This document shows, piece by piece, positions 47,156 to 56,709 of a stretch of 64,000 nucleotides of DNA; within the stretch, counting starts at the first letter, position 1; every line of letters starts with the position of its first letter. The notes beneath the pieces were generated by a model. It worked only from the letters and a program-made list of their open reading frames with translations, was not told where the DNA came from and ran no database searches. The translations under genes were made by a program, and so were the position numbers. The stretch is from Candidatus Brocadiia bacterium (GTDB lineage: Bacteria; Planctomycetota; Brocadiia; CAIUPP01), in NCBI GenBank assembly GCA_050015075.1, contig JBEKCB010000009.1, positions 32,001-96,000 of the forward strand, given 5' to 3'.

Positions 47156-48079
47156 ATGACGGAATCCGGGGCGCCGTTGCATGTGCCGGTGATGCTCGAG
47201 GAATCCCTCCGCCTGCTGGATCCAAAACCCGGCGAGACGATCGTGGACGGCACGCTCGGCGCCGGCGGGCATTCCCGCGCGATCCTGGCGGCGCTCGGCG
47301 CCGCGGGCCGGCTGATCGGCGTGGACCGCGATCCGAAGATGGCGCAGATCGCCCGCCAGAAACTGCTCGGCGTCTCCGCCGGCGCGAAAGTCGAAATCCT
47401 CACCGGCCACTTCGGCGACCTGCCGGCCGTTCTGGCGACCATCGGCGTCGAGGCGGCCGACGGCGTGCTGCTCGATCTGGGCGTGGCCTCGCCGCAACTG
47501 GACGATCCGTCGCGCGGGCTGAGCTATCGCGCCGACGGGCCGCTGGACATGCGCCTGACGCCGGACGCCGAGCTTTCGGCCGAGGAGTGGATCAACCGGG
47601 TCCCGCAGGACGAACTGGCGCAGGTGCTGCGCGAGTACGGCGAGGAGCGCTTCTCCGGGCGGATCGCCCGGGCCATCGTCGAGGCGCGCGCGCGCAAACC
47701 GATCCGCCGCACCGGCGAGCTGGCGGAGATCATTGCGCGCTCCGTACCGCGCGGCCCGCGCCGGCTGCACCCGGCGCGCAGGAGTTTCCAGGCGCTGCGC
47801 ATCCGCGTCAACGAGGAGATGCAGCAACTCGAACGATTTCTCGCGGCGATCGCCCGGCTGCTGAAGCCGGGCGGGCGCTGCGCGATCATCAGCTATCACT
47901 CTCTCGAAGACCGTCGCGTGAAGAACGCCTTTCGCGACGGCGCCCGGGAAGGGATTTACGAACTGCTGACCCGCAAGCCGATGCGGCCGTCATTTGCCGA
48001 AGTCTCCGAGAATCCTCGGAGCCGCTCCGCCCGGCTGCGCGCTGTCCGCAGAAACGACGCAGGCGTGAGCCTGAAATGA
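47156..48079 (+). CDS. rsmH: 16S rRNA m4C1402 methyltransferase
   Basis: HVPVM, DGTLGAGGHS, DLGV, PLDMR, FQALRI, SYHSLEDR, NPRSRSARLR. Confidence 0.97.
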   Translation: MTESGAPLHVPVMLEESLRLLDPKPGETIVDGTLGAGGHSRAILAALGAAGRLIGVDRDPKMAQIARQKLLGVSAGAKVEILTGHFGDLPAVLATIGVEAADGVLLDLGVASPQLDDPSRGLSYRADGPLDMRLTPDAELSAEEWINRVPQDELAQVLREYGEERFSGRIARAIVEARARKPIRRTGELAEIIARSVPRGPRRLHPARRSFQALRIRVNEEMQQLERFLAAIARLLKPGGRCAIISYHSLEDRRVKNAFRDGAREGIYELLTRKPMRPSFAEVSENPRSRSARLRAVRRNDAGVSLK

Positions 48080-48092
48080 GAGGAATCGAAAC

Positions 48093-48410
48093 GTGACTCC
48101 GGCGCGGTACATCCTGTTGCTGCTGCTCGCCAGTTTCTTCGCCCTCCTGGGCGTGGCGCAGCGCGCGCATGGGGTTCACCTGGGGCTTCGCGTGGGGTAT
48201 CTCAAGGCCGAAACGGACCTCCTCGCCGAGAACAACCGCCAACTCCTCTGTGAAATCAGCGCGCTCTCCGATCCGGTGCAGATCGCCGGCCAGGTCGAGC
48301 GTATGAAACTTGCGCTGCTGGACCCGGTTGTGCTGACCAAGGCCGTCGCGGCGGAACGTGACGGCGAAACGGTCGCGCCGGTTCCGAAGGCCCCGCCGAC
48401 GCGGCGGTGA
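48093..48410 (+). CDS. ftsL: FtsL-like protein
   Basis: TM helix then coiled coil (ENNRQLLCEISALSDP); located between rsmH and the PBP gene. Confidence 0.65.
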   Translation: MTPARYILLLLLASFFALLGVAQRAHGVHLGLRVGYLKAETDLLAENNRQLLCEISALSDPVQIAGQVERMKLALLDPVVLTKAVAAERDGETVAPVPKAPPTRR

Positions 48411-48463
48411 CCGGCAGCGGCGCAAGTCGCGGACAAGGGATTTCGAGAGGAGAGGTTCAGGCC

Positions 48464-50326
48464 ATGGAGGCGTCCCCGCAGAAGAACTTTCGCCTGCGGC
48501 TGATCTGCGTCAGTTGCGCCCTCCTTGCCGCCTTCCTCGGACTGGCGGCGCGCCTGGCCTACGTCCAGGCTTACCAGCATCCGAAGTGGACAGCGCTCGC
48601 CGACCGGATGGAAGCCGATTGCGTGACGATCGAGGCGGAGCGCGGGCTGATCCTCAGCCGCGACGGACGCACCCTGGCCGCGAGCGCGCACGTGCCCTCG
48701 ATCTACATCAATCCGCGCGCCGTCCCGGCTGAGCGCCGCGACGAGGTCGCCGCCGCGCTCGCGGAAATCCTCAAGGTGGACGCGAACGACCTGGCCGACC
48801 AGCTCGCCCGCCCGAAGTATTTTGTCTGGGTCAAGCGCAAAGTCTCGCCCTCGGAATCCGAGGCGGTGCTGGCCGCCGAACTGCCGGGCGTCGGCATCCG
48901 CGACGAACCGAACCGCTGCTATCCGAACGGCACGCTGCTCTGCCACGTGCTCGGCGCGGTCGGCGCCGACGGCAACGGGCTCGCCGGCCTCGAGGCGGAG
49001 GACAACGCGGCCCTCTCCGGCGCAGCCGGCTCGGAGTTGGTGTACAAGGACGGACTCGGCCGCACGATGTTCGCCGCGCATCTCTCGAACGCGCTGGAGA
49101 TGGTCAGCCCCGAAGAGACCCAGGCCGGCATGATCCGCCCGGCGGTGAACGGGCATTCGCTGATCCTCACAATTGACGCGCGCATCCAGGAGATCGTCGA
49201 GCAGGAGTTGCGCCAGGCATGCGAGAAATACAGGCCTGAGTCAGGCAGCTCCGTCGTGCTCGATCCATGGACCGGCGACGTGCTCGCGATGGCCTGCTGG
49301 CCGACGTTCGATCCGGCGCATTTCGCCTCGACGCCGCCGGCGATCCAGCAGAATATGGCCGTCTCCGTGGCCATCGAGCCGGGCTCCACGTTCAAGCCGT
49401 TCGTCTGCTCGAAAGCGCTCGAGGCGGGCGTGGTGACGCCCGACACGGTGTTCGACTGCCACCAGGGCGTGTACCGCATCGGCTCGCGCACGCTGCACGA
49501 CGCGCACGGCTACGGCCGGCTCAGCGTGCGCGACATCATCGCCTACAGCAGCAACATCGGCATGGCGCAGGTGGGCGAACGCCTCGGCCCCGAGCGGATG
49601 TACGCGGGGCTTTCCCTGTTCGGCTTCGGGCGCAAGACCGGCATCGAGCTGCCCGGCGAATCCGCCGGACTGCTCCATCCGCTCCGGCAGTGGACGAAGC
49701 TGAGCGTCTCCTCGCTCCCGATGGGCCAGGAAGTCGCCGTCAGCGCGCTCCAGTTGACCGCCGGATTCTGCACGTTCGCGAACGGCGGCTGGTGGGTCCG
49801 TCCGCGGATCGTGCTCGGGACGGCCGACAGCCAGGGCCGCAACATGCTTCGGAGCGCCACGCCGCCGGCGTACCATCGCGTGCTCGACGAGCGCGTCGCG
49901 AAGCTGATGTGCGGCGACCTCCTCGCGGCGGTCGTCGAGAGAGGCACGGCGCGCGACTCCGCCATCGCGGGCTACCAGATGTCCGGCAAGACCGGTACGC
50001 CCCAATTGTCGCGGCCGGGCGCGCGCGGATACGAGCCGGGCGCATACGCCTCGGTGTTCGTCGGGATCGTCCCGACGAGCGCGCCGAGGTTCGTGATCAG
50101 CGTCATGATCAAGAAGCCGCAGGCGGCGTATTACGGCGGCGTGGTCGCCGCGCCCGCGGTCGCGCATATGGCCGAACGAATCCTGAGCATGTTCCAGGTC
50201 CCGCGCGAGTCGCCGGATGAGCCGGAAACCAAGGCCGTCGTCACGAAAGCGGCGTTATCGCAGAAATTGAACCATGAGGCTTTCACCACGAAGAACGCGA
50301 AGGACGTGAAGAAAGAAACGTGGTGA
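48464..50326 (+). CDS. ftsI: Class B penicillin-binding protein (FtsI-like)
   Basis: RG.I.SRDG, EPGSTFK (SxxK), SSN, KTGT. Confidence 0.92.
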   Translation: MEASPQKNFRLRLICVSCALLAAFLGLAARLAYVQAYQHPKWTALADRMEADCVTIEAERGLILSRDGRTLAASAHVPSIYINPRAVPAERRDEVAAALAEILKVDANDLADQLARPKYFVWVKRKVSPSESEAVLAAELPGVGIRDEPNRCYPNGTLLCHVLGAVGADGNGLAGLEAEDNAALSGAAGSELVYKDGLGRTMFAAHLSNALEMVSPEETQAGMIRPAVNGHSLILTIDARIQEIVEQELRQACEKYRPESGSSVVLDPWTGDVLAMACWPTFDPAHFASTPPAIQQNMAVSVAIEPGSTFKPFVCSKALEAGVVTPDTVFDCHQGVYRIGSRTLHDAHGYGRLSVRDIIAYSSNIGMAQVGERLGPERMYAGLSLFGFGRKTGIELPGESAGLLHPLRQWTKLSVSSLPMGQEVAVSALQLTAGFCTFANGGWWVRPRIVLGTADSQGRNMLRSATPPAYHRVLDERVAKLMCGDLLAAVVERGTARDSAIAGYQMSGKTGTPQLSRPGARGYEPGAYASVFVGIVPTSAPRFVISVMIKKPQAAYYGGVVAAPAVAHMAERILSMFQVPRESPDEPETKAVVTKAALSQKLNHEAFTTKNAKDVKKETW

Positions 50327-50353
50327 AAACAAGTCCATGAGAGGAAGTGAAGC

Positions 50354-51817
50354 GTGAAACTCTGCAAGCTGCCGAAGATTCTTCCGGGCATTCATCCGCC
50401 GGTGCCGGAGGACTGGGCGGAGGTCGAGGTGCTGGGCATCGCGCATGACTCGCGGCGCGTGAAGCCCGGCTCGGTCTTCGTCGCCATCGGCGGGCACGAG
50501 CGCGACGGCAACGCCTACATCGAGGACGCCCTCGCACGAGGCGCCGTCGCCATCGTCTCCGAGAAGCCGGTCCGCCCCTCGCGGCCGGTCGTCACGCTCA
50601 CGGTCAGCGACGCCCGCCGCGCGCTCGCCGCGCTGGCGAGCACCTTCTACGGCAAGCCCTCGCGCCGGCTCCACGTCATCGGCGTCACGGGCACGAACGG
50701 GAAGACCACCACGACGTACATGATCCGCTCGATCCTCGAAGCCGCCGGCTATCGCTGCGGCGTGCTCGGCACGATCGGCTACGAGACCGGCCGCCGCTCG
50801 CTGCCGGCCTCGGTCACCACGCCGGAGTCGCTGAGCATCCAGGAGTACCTGGCCGAGATGGTCGCCGAGGGGCTCGATTACGCCGCGATGGAGGTCTCCT
50901 CGCATTCGCTCTGCATGCGGCGCGTGGACTTCGTGCAGTTCGCCGCGGCGGTCTTCACGAACCTGAGCCCGGAGCACATGGATTATCACCGCACGCTCGC
51001 GGCCTATCGCCAGGCCAAGGCGCGGCTCTTCTCCGCGCTCGGCCCGGCCTCGGTCGCGGTGATCAACGCCGACGACAAGAGCGCCGCCGGGATGGCGCGC
51101 GGCACGTTCGCGCGCGTGCTCTACTACGGAATCAAGAACCGCGCCGAGGTCTCGGCGCGGATCAAGGAATCCACGCTCGACGGCATCTGCATGACGCTCG
51201 CGACGCCCTCGGGCGAGGCGGAACTGCACCTGCCGCTCATCGGCACGCACAACGTCTACAACGCCCTCGGCGCCGCGGCCGTGACGCTGGCGCTCGGGCG
51301 CGACCTGAACTGCATCCGCGACGGGCTCGAACACGTGCCGCCGGTCCCGGGCCGGCTCGAGCCGGTGCCCTGCCCGAAGGGATGCAAGGTGCTCGTGGAT
51401 TTCGCGCACACCGACCAGGCGCTGAAATCGGTCTTGCAGTCGCTGCGGCCGCTGACCTCGAAGCGGATCATCGTCGTCTTCGGCGCCGGCGGCGACCGCG
51501 ACCGCGAGAAGCGCCCGCGCATGGGCCGCGTCGCCGAGCTCGGCGCGGACATGGCCTGGGTCACCAGCGACAACCCGCGCAGCGAGGAGCCGCTCGACAT
51601 CATCAATGAGATCCTCAGCGGAGTCCGCAGCCGGCGCCGGCTGCACGTTCAGCCCGACCGTCAGGCGGCCATCGCCGAGGCGCTCGACGCCGCGCGGCCC
51701 GGCGACCTGGTCCTCATCGCCGGCAAAGGCCACGAGCGGACACAGCGGTTCAAGGACAAAGTGATTCCCTTCGACGACCGCGAGGCCGTCGAGCGCGCCT
51801 TCGCGCTCAAGGGATGA
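50354..51817 (+). CDS. murE: UDP-MurNAc-dipeptide:meso-DAP ligase
   Basis: GVTGTNGKTT, MEVSSH, DFAHT, DNPR (DAP-type), AGKGHE. Confidence 0.96.
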   Translation: MKLCKLPKILPGIHPPVPEDWAEVEVLGIAHDSRRVKPGSVFVAIGGHERDGNAYIEDALARGAVAIVSEKPVRPSRPVVTLTVSDARRALAALASTFYGKPSRRLHVIGVTGTNGKTTTTYMIRSILEAAGYRCGVLGTIGYETGRRSLPASVTTPESLSIQEYLAEMVAEGLDYAAMEVSSHSLCMRRVDFVQFAAAVFTNLSPEHMDYHRTLAAYRQAKARLFSALGPASVAVINADDKSAAGMARGTFARVLYYGIKNRAEVSARIKESTLDGICMTLATPSGEAELHLPLIGTHNVYNALGAAAVTLALGRDLNCIRDGLEHVPPVPGRLEPVPCPKGCKVLVDFAHTDQALKSVLQSLRPLTSKRIIVVFGAGGDRDREKRPRMGRVAELGADMAWVTSDNPRSEEPLDIINEILSGVRSRRRLHVQPDRQAAIAEALDAARPGDLVLIAGKGHERTQRFKDKVIPFDDREAVERAFALKG

Positions 51818-51841
51818 AATTTCACGCAAGGGATTAATGAA

Positions 51842-53230
51842 GTGAGCCATCAACGTCTGCGCACTGTGGGTGTGGAGATCGTGGGAGCTATCGGGAGACG
51901 CCCGGGAAGGAGGATCTGGACCATTACGGGCGTCTCCACCGATAGTCGCGTGGTCCGTCCCGGAGAGATGTTCTTCGCCCTCACCGGCGCGCGCTCTGAC
52001 GGACATGACTTCGTCCGGTCCGCCCTCGAACGGGGCGCGGCGTGCGCCGTGGTCAGCCGCGACGTGGACGTTCCGCACGCGATGCGCGACCGCGTCGTGA
52101 GGGTCAAGGACACCCTGCGCGCGCTGGGCCAGTCGGCCCGCGCGTATCGCCGCACCTGGGGCGGAAAGGTCATCGCCGTCACCGGATCGAACGGCAAGAC
52201 CACGACGCGCGAGATGATCTACCACATCCTGTCCGCACATATGCCGTGCCACCGGTCGCCGAAGAGCTTCAACACCGACGTCGGCGTGTCGCTCACGCTC
52301 TTCCAGGCCGACCCGACCGACCGCGTGATCGTCCTGGAGATGGGCACGAACGCGCCGGGCGAGATCGCGGAACTGACGCAGATCGCCGAGCCGGACCTGG
52401 GCGTCATCACGAACATCGGCGAGACGCACCTCGAAGGGCTCGGCTCGATCGAGGGCGTGGCGAAGGCGAAGGCGGAGCTGCTCGACGCGCTCGGCCGCGA
52501 CAGCGCCGCGTTCCTCAACGCCGACGATCCCTGGTTCGAGTTCCTGGCCAAGCGCGTCCAGGGAAAAGTGATCAGCTACGGCACGCGGCGCGAGGCCGCG
52601 TTCCGCGGACATGACCTGCAGAGTTTCGAGGGCGGCCATTCGTTCATCATCCGCGGCGGCCTCCGGGTCGAGATCCCTGTGCCCGGCCGGCACAACGTCC
52701 TGAACGCGCTCGCGGCGCTGGCGGTGGCGGACTACCTCGGCCTGTGCCTGTCGGACGCGGCGGCGCGGATGGCGACGTTCCGCCTGCCGGAGATGCGCTA
52801 CCAGGTCGAGCAGATCCGCGGGATCACGGTGGTGTTCGACGGATACAACGCGAACCCCGGCTCGATGAGCGCGGCGATTGCGGCGTTCAGCAAGACCGAG
52901 GTGCCCGGCCGGCGCGTGGCCGTGCTCGGCGACATGATGGAACTCGGCCTGCGCAGCGAGCAGCTCCATGAGGCGCTGGGCGCGGAAGTCGCGCGTTCCG
53001 GCGTCAACGCGCTCTGGGCGGTCGGCAAGTTCGCGCCGCTCGTCGCGCGCTCCGCCGAGAAAAACGGGCTCGATGGCCACGTGTCGCAGGCGGACGACGT
53101 CGGGCCGGTCGTCCGCCACGTCTGCGAATACCTGCAACCCGGCGACGCCGTTCTCGTCAAGGGCTCGCGCGGGATGAAAATGGAACGGTTGGTCGAGGAA
53201 TTGCGGGCTGCGCCCGCATTGAAGGGTTAA
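51842..53230 (+). CDS. murF: UDP-MurNAc-tripeptide:D-Ala-D-Ala ligase
   Basis: TGSNGKTT, EMG, HLEG, YNANP, LGDM.ELG, KGSRG. Confidence 0.95.
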   Translation: MSHQRLRTVGVEIVGAIGRRPGRRIWTITGVSTDSRVVRPGEMFFALTGARSDGHDFVRSALERGAACAVVSRDVDVPHAMRDRVVRVKDTLRALGQSARAYRRTWGGKVIAVTGSNGKTTTREMIYHILSAHMPCHRSPKSFNTDVGVSLTLFQADPTDRVIVLEMGTNAPGEIAELTQIAEPDLGVITNIGETHLEGLGSIEGVAKAKAELLDALGRDSAAFLNADDPWFEFLAKRVQGKVISYGTRREAAFRGHDLQSFEGGHSFIIRGGLRVEIPVPGRHNVLNALAALAVADYLGLCLSDAAARMATFRLPEMRYQVEQIRGITVVFDGYNANPGSMSAAIAAFSKTEVPGRRVAVLGDMMELGLRSEQLHEALGAEVARSGVNALWAVGKFAPLVARSAEKNGLDGHVSQADDVGPVVRHVCEYLQPGDAVLVKGSRGMKMERLVEELRAAPALKG

Positions 53231-53234
53231 AAAC

Positions 53235-54305
53235 GTGCTGTACGGCTTATTGTTACTGGATAACATTCTTCTGCGCGCGGGCCTGTCCTTCCTGACAGCG
53301 CTGGTCGTCAGCCTAGTGGCCGGCTCGTGGCTCATCCGATTCTTCCACCGGAAGAACGTGATCGAGGACACCACGCAGCCGGACCACGCTGGCCTGAACG
53401 CGATCCAGTCGCTGAAGAAAGACGTGCCGACGATGGGTGGATTGATGATCCTGGCCGGCATCGTCGTCGCCACGCTGCTCTGGGCTGATTTGAAGGCGCC
53501 CACGGTCTGGATCGGGCTTCTGGTCCTGGTCGTTCTGGGCGGCGCAGGTCTTGTGGACGATTACATCAAGCTCAGGCACAAGCCATCGCGCGGGCTGACG
53601 AAGATACAGAAGCTCGTCGTTCAGTTCATCCTCGGCGGCGTCGTGGGTTATCTGCTCATGAGATATTGGAACGGCTATCTACCTGTTGCGATGGCGATGT
53701 CCTGGGTTCGCATCCCATTGACCGGGATTTGGCTCGACTTTGGCTGGTGGTACATCCTCTGGTCCGGATTCGTCATGGCCGCCACGTCCAATGCCGTGAA
53801 CATTACCGACGGCCTCGACGGCCTTGCCGGCGGGCTGATGCTGATCGCGATGATGTTCATGACCTTTTTGGGACTGTGGGAACTCGTATCTCATTCGACA
53901 GGGGCAGAGTTCACCTTATTCTTGGAGAACCATTCCGTTCTCTGTGCCTGTAGCGCCGGGGCCGTCCTCGGATTCCTCTGGTACAACTGCAACCCCGCAC
54001 AGATTTTCATGGGCGACACCGGCTCGCTCGCGCTGGGCGGGCTGCTGGCGTACGCCGGGCTGTGCATGAAGGCTGAATTCCTGCTTCTGGTGGTCGGCGG
54101 CGTGTTCTTCATCGAAGAACTGACCGTGGCGATGCAGATCGCCAGTTTCAAGCTGACGAAGAAGCGGGTCTTCCCGATCACACCGATCCACCATTATTTT
54201 CAGGTCCATCTGAAATGGCCCGAGCAGAAAATTGTGACGCGCGCGTGGTTCCTGGGCGCTTTCGCGGCATTTCTAGCGCTCTTGATCTTTGCGGCGCGGG
54301 ACTGA
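53235..54305 (+). CDS. mraY: Phospho-MurNAc-pentapeptide transferase
   Basis: PTMGG, DDYIK, SNAVNITDGLDGL, FMGDTGS, PIHH. Confidence 0.96.
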   Translation: MLYGLLLLDNILLRAGLSFLTALVVSLVAGSWLIRFFHRKNVIEDTTQPDHAGLNAIQSLKKDVPTMGGLMILAGIVVATLLWADLKAPTVWIGLLVLVVLGGAGLVDDYIKLRHKPSRGLTKIQKLVVQFILGGVVGYLLMRYWNGYLPVAMAMSWVRIPLTGIWLDFGWWYILWSGFVMAATSNAVNITDGLDGLAGGLMLIAMMFMTFLGLWELVSHSTGAEFTLFLENHSVLCACSAGAVLGFLWYNCNPAQIFMGDTGSLALGGLLAYAGLCMKAEFLLLVVGGVFFIEELTVAMQIASFKLTKKRVFPITPIHHYFQVHLKWPEQKIVTRAWFLGAFAAFLALLIFAARD

Positions 54306-54306
54306 C

Positions 54307-55461
54307 ATGAAACGAACCAGCGGAATTCTGTTGTGCTGCGTGGCGACGCTGCTGGCGCTGGGGGCGGTGATGGTGTTCTCGTGCCTCTCCGCGCGGGCGA
54401 GCACGCTGGACGTCGGGCTGGAATACCTCTTCAAGCATGCGCTCTGGGTCGCCGGCGGCGTGGTGATCATGCTGCTGATGAGCCGGCTGGATTATCACTG
54501 GCTGGAGAAGCACCAGCGGATCATCGCCGTCGCGGCGCTCGTGTCGCTGGTGCTCGTTCTGGTTCCGCACTTGGGCACGATGACGCACGGCGCGCGGCGG
54601 TGGATCCGGTTCTACGGCCCGGTCGGCTTCCAGCCGTCGGAGATCGCCAAGCTGGCGCTGCTGGTGGTGCTGTGCGGCATGGCCGCGCGGCGCGGAGAGC
54701 AGATGCGCTCGCTGCGCTCCGGACTTCTGCCGTGCATGGCGGTGGTCGGCCTGACGGCCGGGCTGATCCTGGTCGAGCCGGATTACGGAACCGCGGCGCT
54801 GATCGGCATCATCGGCTCGCTGGTGGTGCTCGTCGCCGAGGCGCCGGTCTGGCCGATGGCCGCGGCGGGCTCAGCGGGGCTCGCCGGCGCCGCCGCGCTC
54901 GTCTGGCGATCGCCCGTGCGCCAGGCGCGCGTGCTCGCGTTCCTCGACCCGTCGCAGCATCTGGACGGCGCCGGATACCAGTTGATGCACTCGCTGATCG
55001 CGCTCGGCAGCGGCGGGCTGCTCGGCCGAGGGCTCGGCGCCAGCCGCCAGAAGCTCTTCTTCCTGCCCGAGCCGGAGACCGATTTCATCTTCGCCGTGAT
55101 CGGCGAGGAACTCGGCCTGATCGGCGCGCTGGCGGTGATTTTCGTCTTCGTGCTGATCCTGTGGCAGGGCATGAAGATCGCTTCGCGAGCGCGCGATTCG
55201 TTCGGCCGGCTGCTGGCCTTCGGGATCACGGCCCTGATCGTGTTCCAGGCGCTGATCCATATCGCCGTCGTCACCGCCTCGATGCCCACCAAGGGCATCG
55301 TGCTGCCGCTCGTCTCCTCGGGCGGGTCCTCGATTGTGGTCACGCTGGCGGCGATCGGGGTTCTTCTCAATATCGCGTCGCAGGCGGTCGAAGAGCCGAA
55401 CGCGAACGTCGAAGCGCCGCCGGCGGAGGACGCCAAGCGGCCGATGGAAGCGGGCGTTTAG
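54307..55461 (+). CDS. ftsW: SEDS peptidoglycan polymerase FtsW
   Basis: GARRWI, FQPSE.AK, EPDYG, LPEPETDFIF, SSGGSS. Confidence 0.95.
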   Translation: MKRTSGILLCCVATLLALGAVMVFSCLSARASTLDVGLEYLFKHALWVAGGVVIMLLMSRLDYHWLEKHQRIIAVAALVSLVLVLVPHLGTMTHGARRWIRFYGPVGFQPSEIAKLALLVVLCGMAARRGEQMRSLRSGLLPCMAVVGLTAGLILVEPDYGTAALIGIIGSLVVLVAEAPVWPMAAAGSAGLAGAAALVWRSPVRQARVLAFLDPSQHLDGAGYQLMHSLIALGSGGLLGRGLGASRQKLFFLPEPETDFIFAVIGEELGLIGALAVIFVFVLILWQGMKIASRARDSFGRLLAFGITALIVFQALIHIAVVTASMPTKGIVLPLVSSGGSSIVVTLAAIGVLLNIASQAVEEPNANVEAPPAEDAKRPMEAGV

Positions 55462-55493
55462 AAACAGAGTTCTCACTGTCGGAGTCCTGGCAT

Positions 55494-56681
55494 ATGGGCA
55501 AAGGAATCGAAGCCAAGCGTTTCACCGGCATCTTCGCCGGCGGCGGCACAGGCGGGCACCTGATGCCCGGATTGAGCGTGGCGGCGGAGTTGCGGCGCGC
55601 CTATCCGGACACCAGCCGGCTCTACTTCGTCGGCACTTCCAATTCGCTCGAGCGCCGGCTGGTCGAGTCGCACGGGTTCGACTTCCTCTCCCTGCCGAGC
55701 CTGAAGCTGGCCGCCTCGCCCGCGGCTCTGCCGCGCTGGATCATGCGGCTGACCGGCGGGCTGGTCGAGGCGACTCGGCTGATCCGCCGGCTGCGGCCGG
55801 ACGCCGTCGTGAGCCTGGGCGGATACGCCGCCGTCGCCCCGTCGCTGGCCGCGGCGCTCTGCCGCGTGCCGATGGCGGTGATGGAGCAGAACGCGGTGCC
55901 CGGGAAGACCAACCGGCTGCTCAGCTGGTGGGCGCGCGAGGTGTACGCGCCATGGCCGGGAATCGAGTCGTTCTTCGCGTATCCCGAGCGCGTGCACGTC
56001 ACCGGCAACCCGGTGCGCGAGGATCTGCCGCGCCGCCGCTCGCCCCACCTGGCCGGGCAGTTCGGCCTTAACCCGCACAAGTGCACGCTCCTGGTGATGG
56101 GCGGCAGCCAGGGCGCACAGACGATCAACCGCGCCGTCGTCGCCGCGCTGCCGGAACTCGAGACGGAGTCCGAGTGGCTCCAGATCCTCCACAGCACCGG
56201 CCAGTCCGGATACGAGGAAACCGCCGCGGCGTACGCCGGCCGGAAAATCCAGTCGGCGGTGCTGCCCTACGTCGAGGACATGGCCTCGGCCTACGCGCTG
56301 TGCGAGCTGGCGCTCTGCCGCGCGGGCGGGACGACGCTGGCCGAGTTGACCACGCTCGGCGTGCCGGCGGTGCTCGTGCCGCTGCCGATCGCCGCGAATG
56401 ACCACCAGCGCCGCAACGCCTCGCTCGTCGCGGGAGCCGGCGCAGCGCTGTTGATGGAGCAGGCCGACTTCGCGATGGGCCGCCTGGCGGCAACGCTCGT
56501 CGGGCTGCTGCGCAACGACGAGTGCCTCGCCCGCATGCGCGCGGCCAGCCTGCGGCTGGGCCGCCCGAACGCGACGAAGAACGTCGCAGAGCGGCTTTTT
56601 CGGTTGATGAACGGGCGCAAGGGCGAGCGCGCCGCGCCGAGGGCGGAGCGCGGAGTCGAGAAGATGATAGTCAGGCGTTAG
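55494..56681 (+). CDS. murG: Lipid II GlcNAc transferase
   Basis: GGGTGGH, GGY, EQNAVPG, TGNPVR, GGSQGA, RAGGTT, HQRRNA. Confidence 0.96.
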   Translation: MGKGIEAKRFTGIFAGGGTGGHLMPGLSVAAELRRAYPDTSRLYFVGTSNSLERRLVESHGFDFLSLPSLKLAASPAALPRWIMRLTGGLVEATRLIRRLRPDAVVSLGGYAAVAPSLAAALCRVPMAVMEQNAVPGKTNRLLSWWAREVYAPWPGIESFFAYPERVHVTGNPVREDLPRRRSPHLAGQFGLNPHKCTLLVMGGSQGAQTINRAVVAALPELETESEWLQILHSTGQSGYEETAAAYAGRKIQSAVLPYVEDMASAYALCELALCRAGGTTLAELTTLGVPAVLVPLPIAANDHQRRNASLVAGAGAALLMEQADFAMGRLAATLVGLLRNDECLARMRAASLRLGRPNATKNVAERLFRLMNGRKGERAAPRAERGVEKMIVRR

Positions 56682-56709
56682 GCGTCATCTCCTGTAGGAG
56701 ATTCATTTC

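Noticed and set aside
50255-53503. 1082-aa minus-strand ORF and other long antisense ORFs (e.g. 42926-45445, 61979-63925)
   Set aside because: Shadow frames of high-GC genes with clear + strand identities.
54333-55493. Long N-terminal extension or ftsW fusion on murG
   Set aside because: Alternate-frame overlap with ftsW; MurG motifs start after the ATG at 55494.
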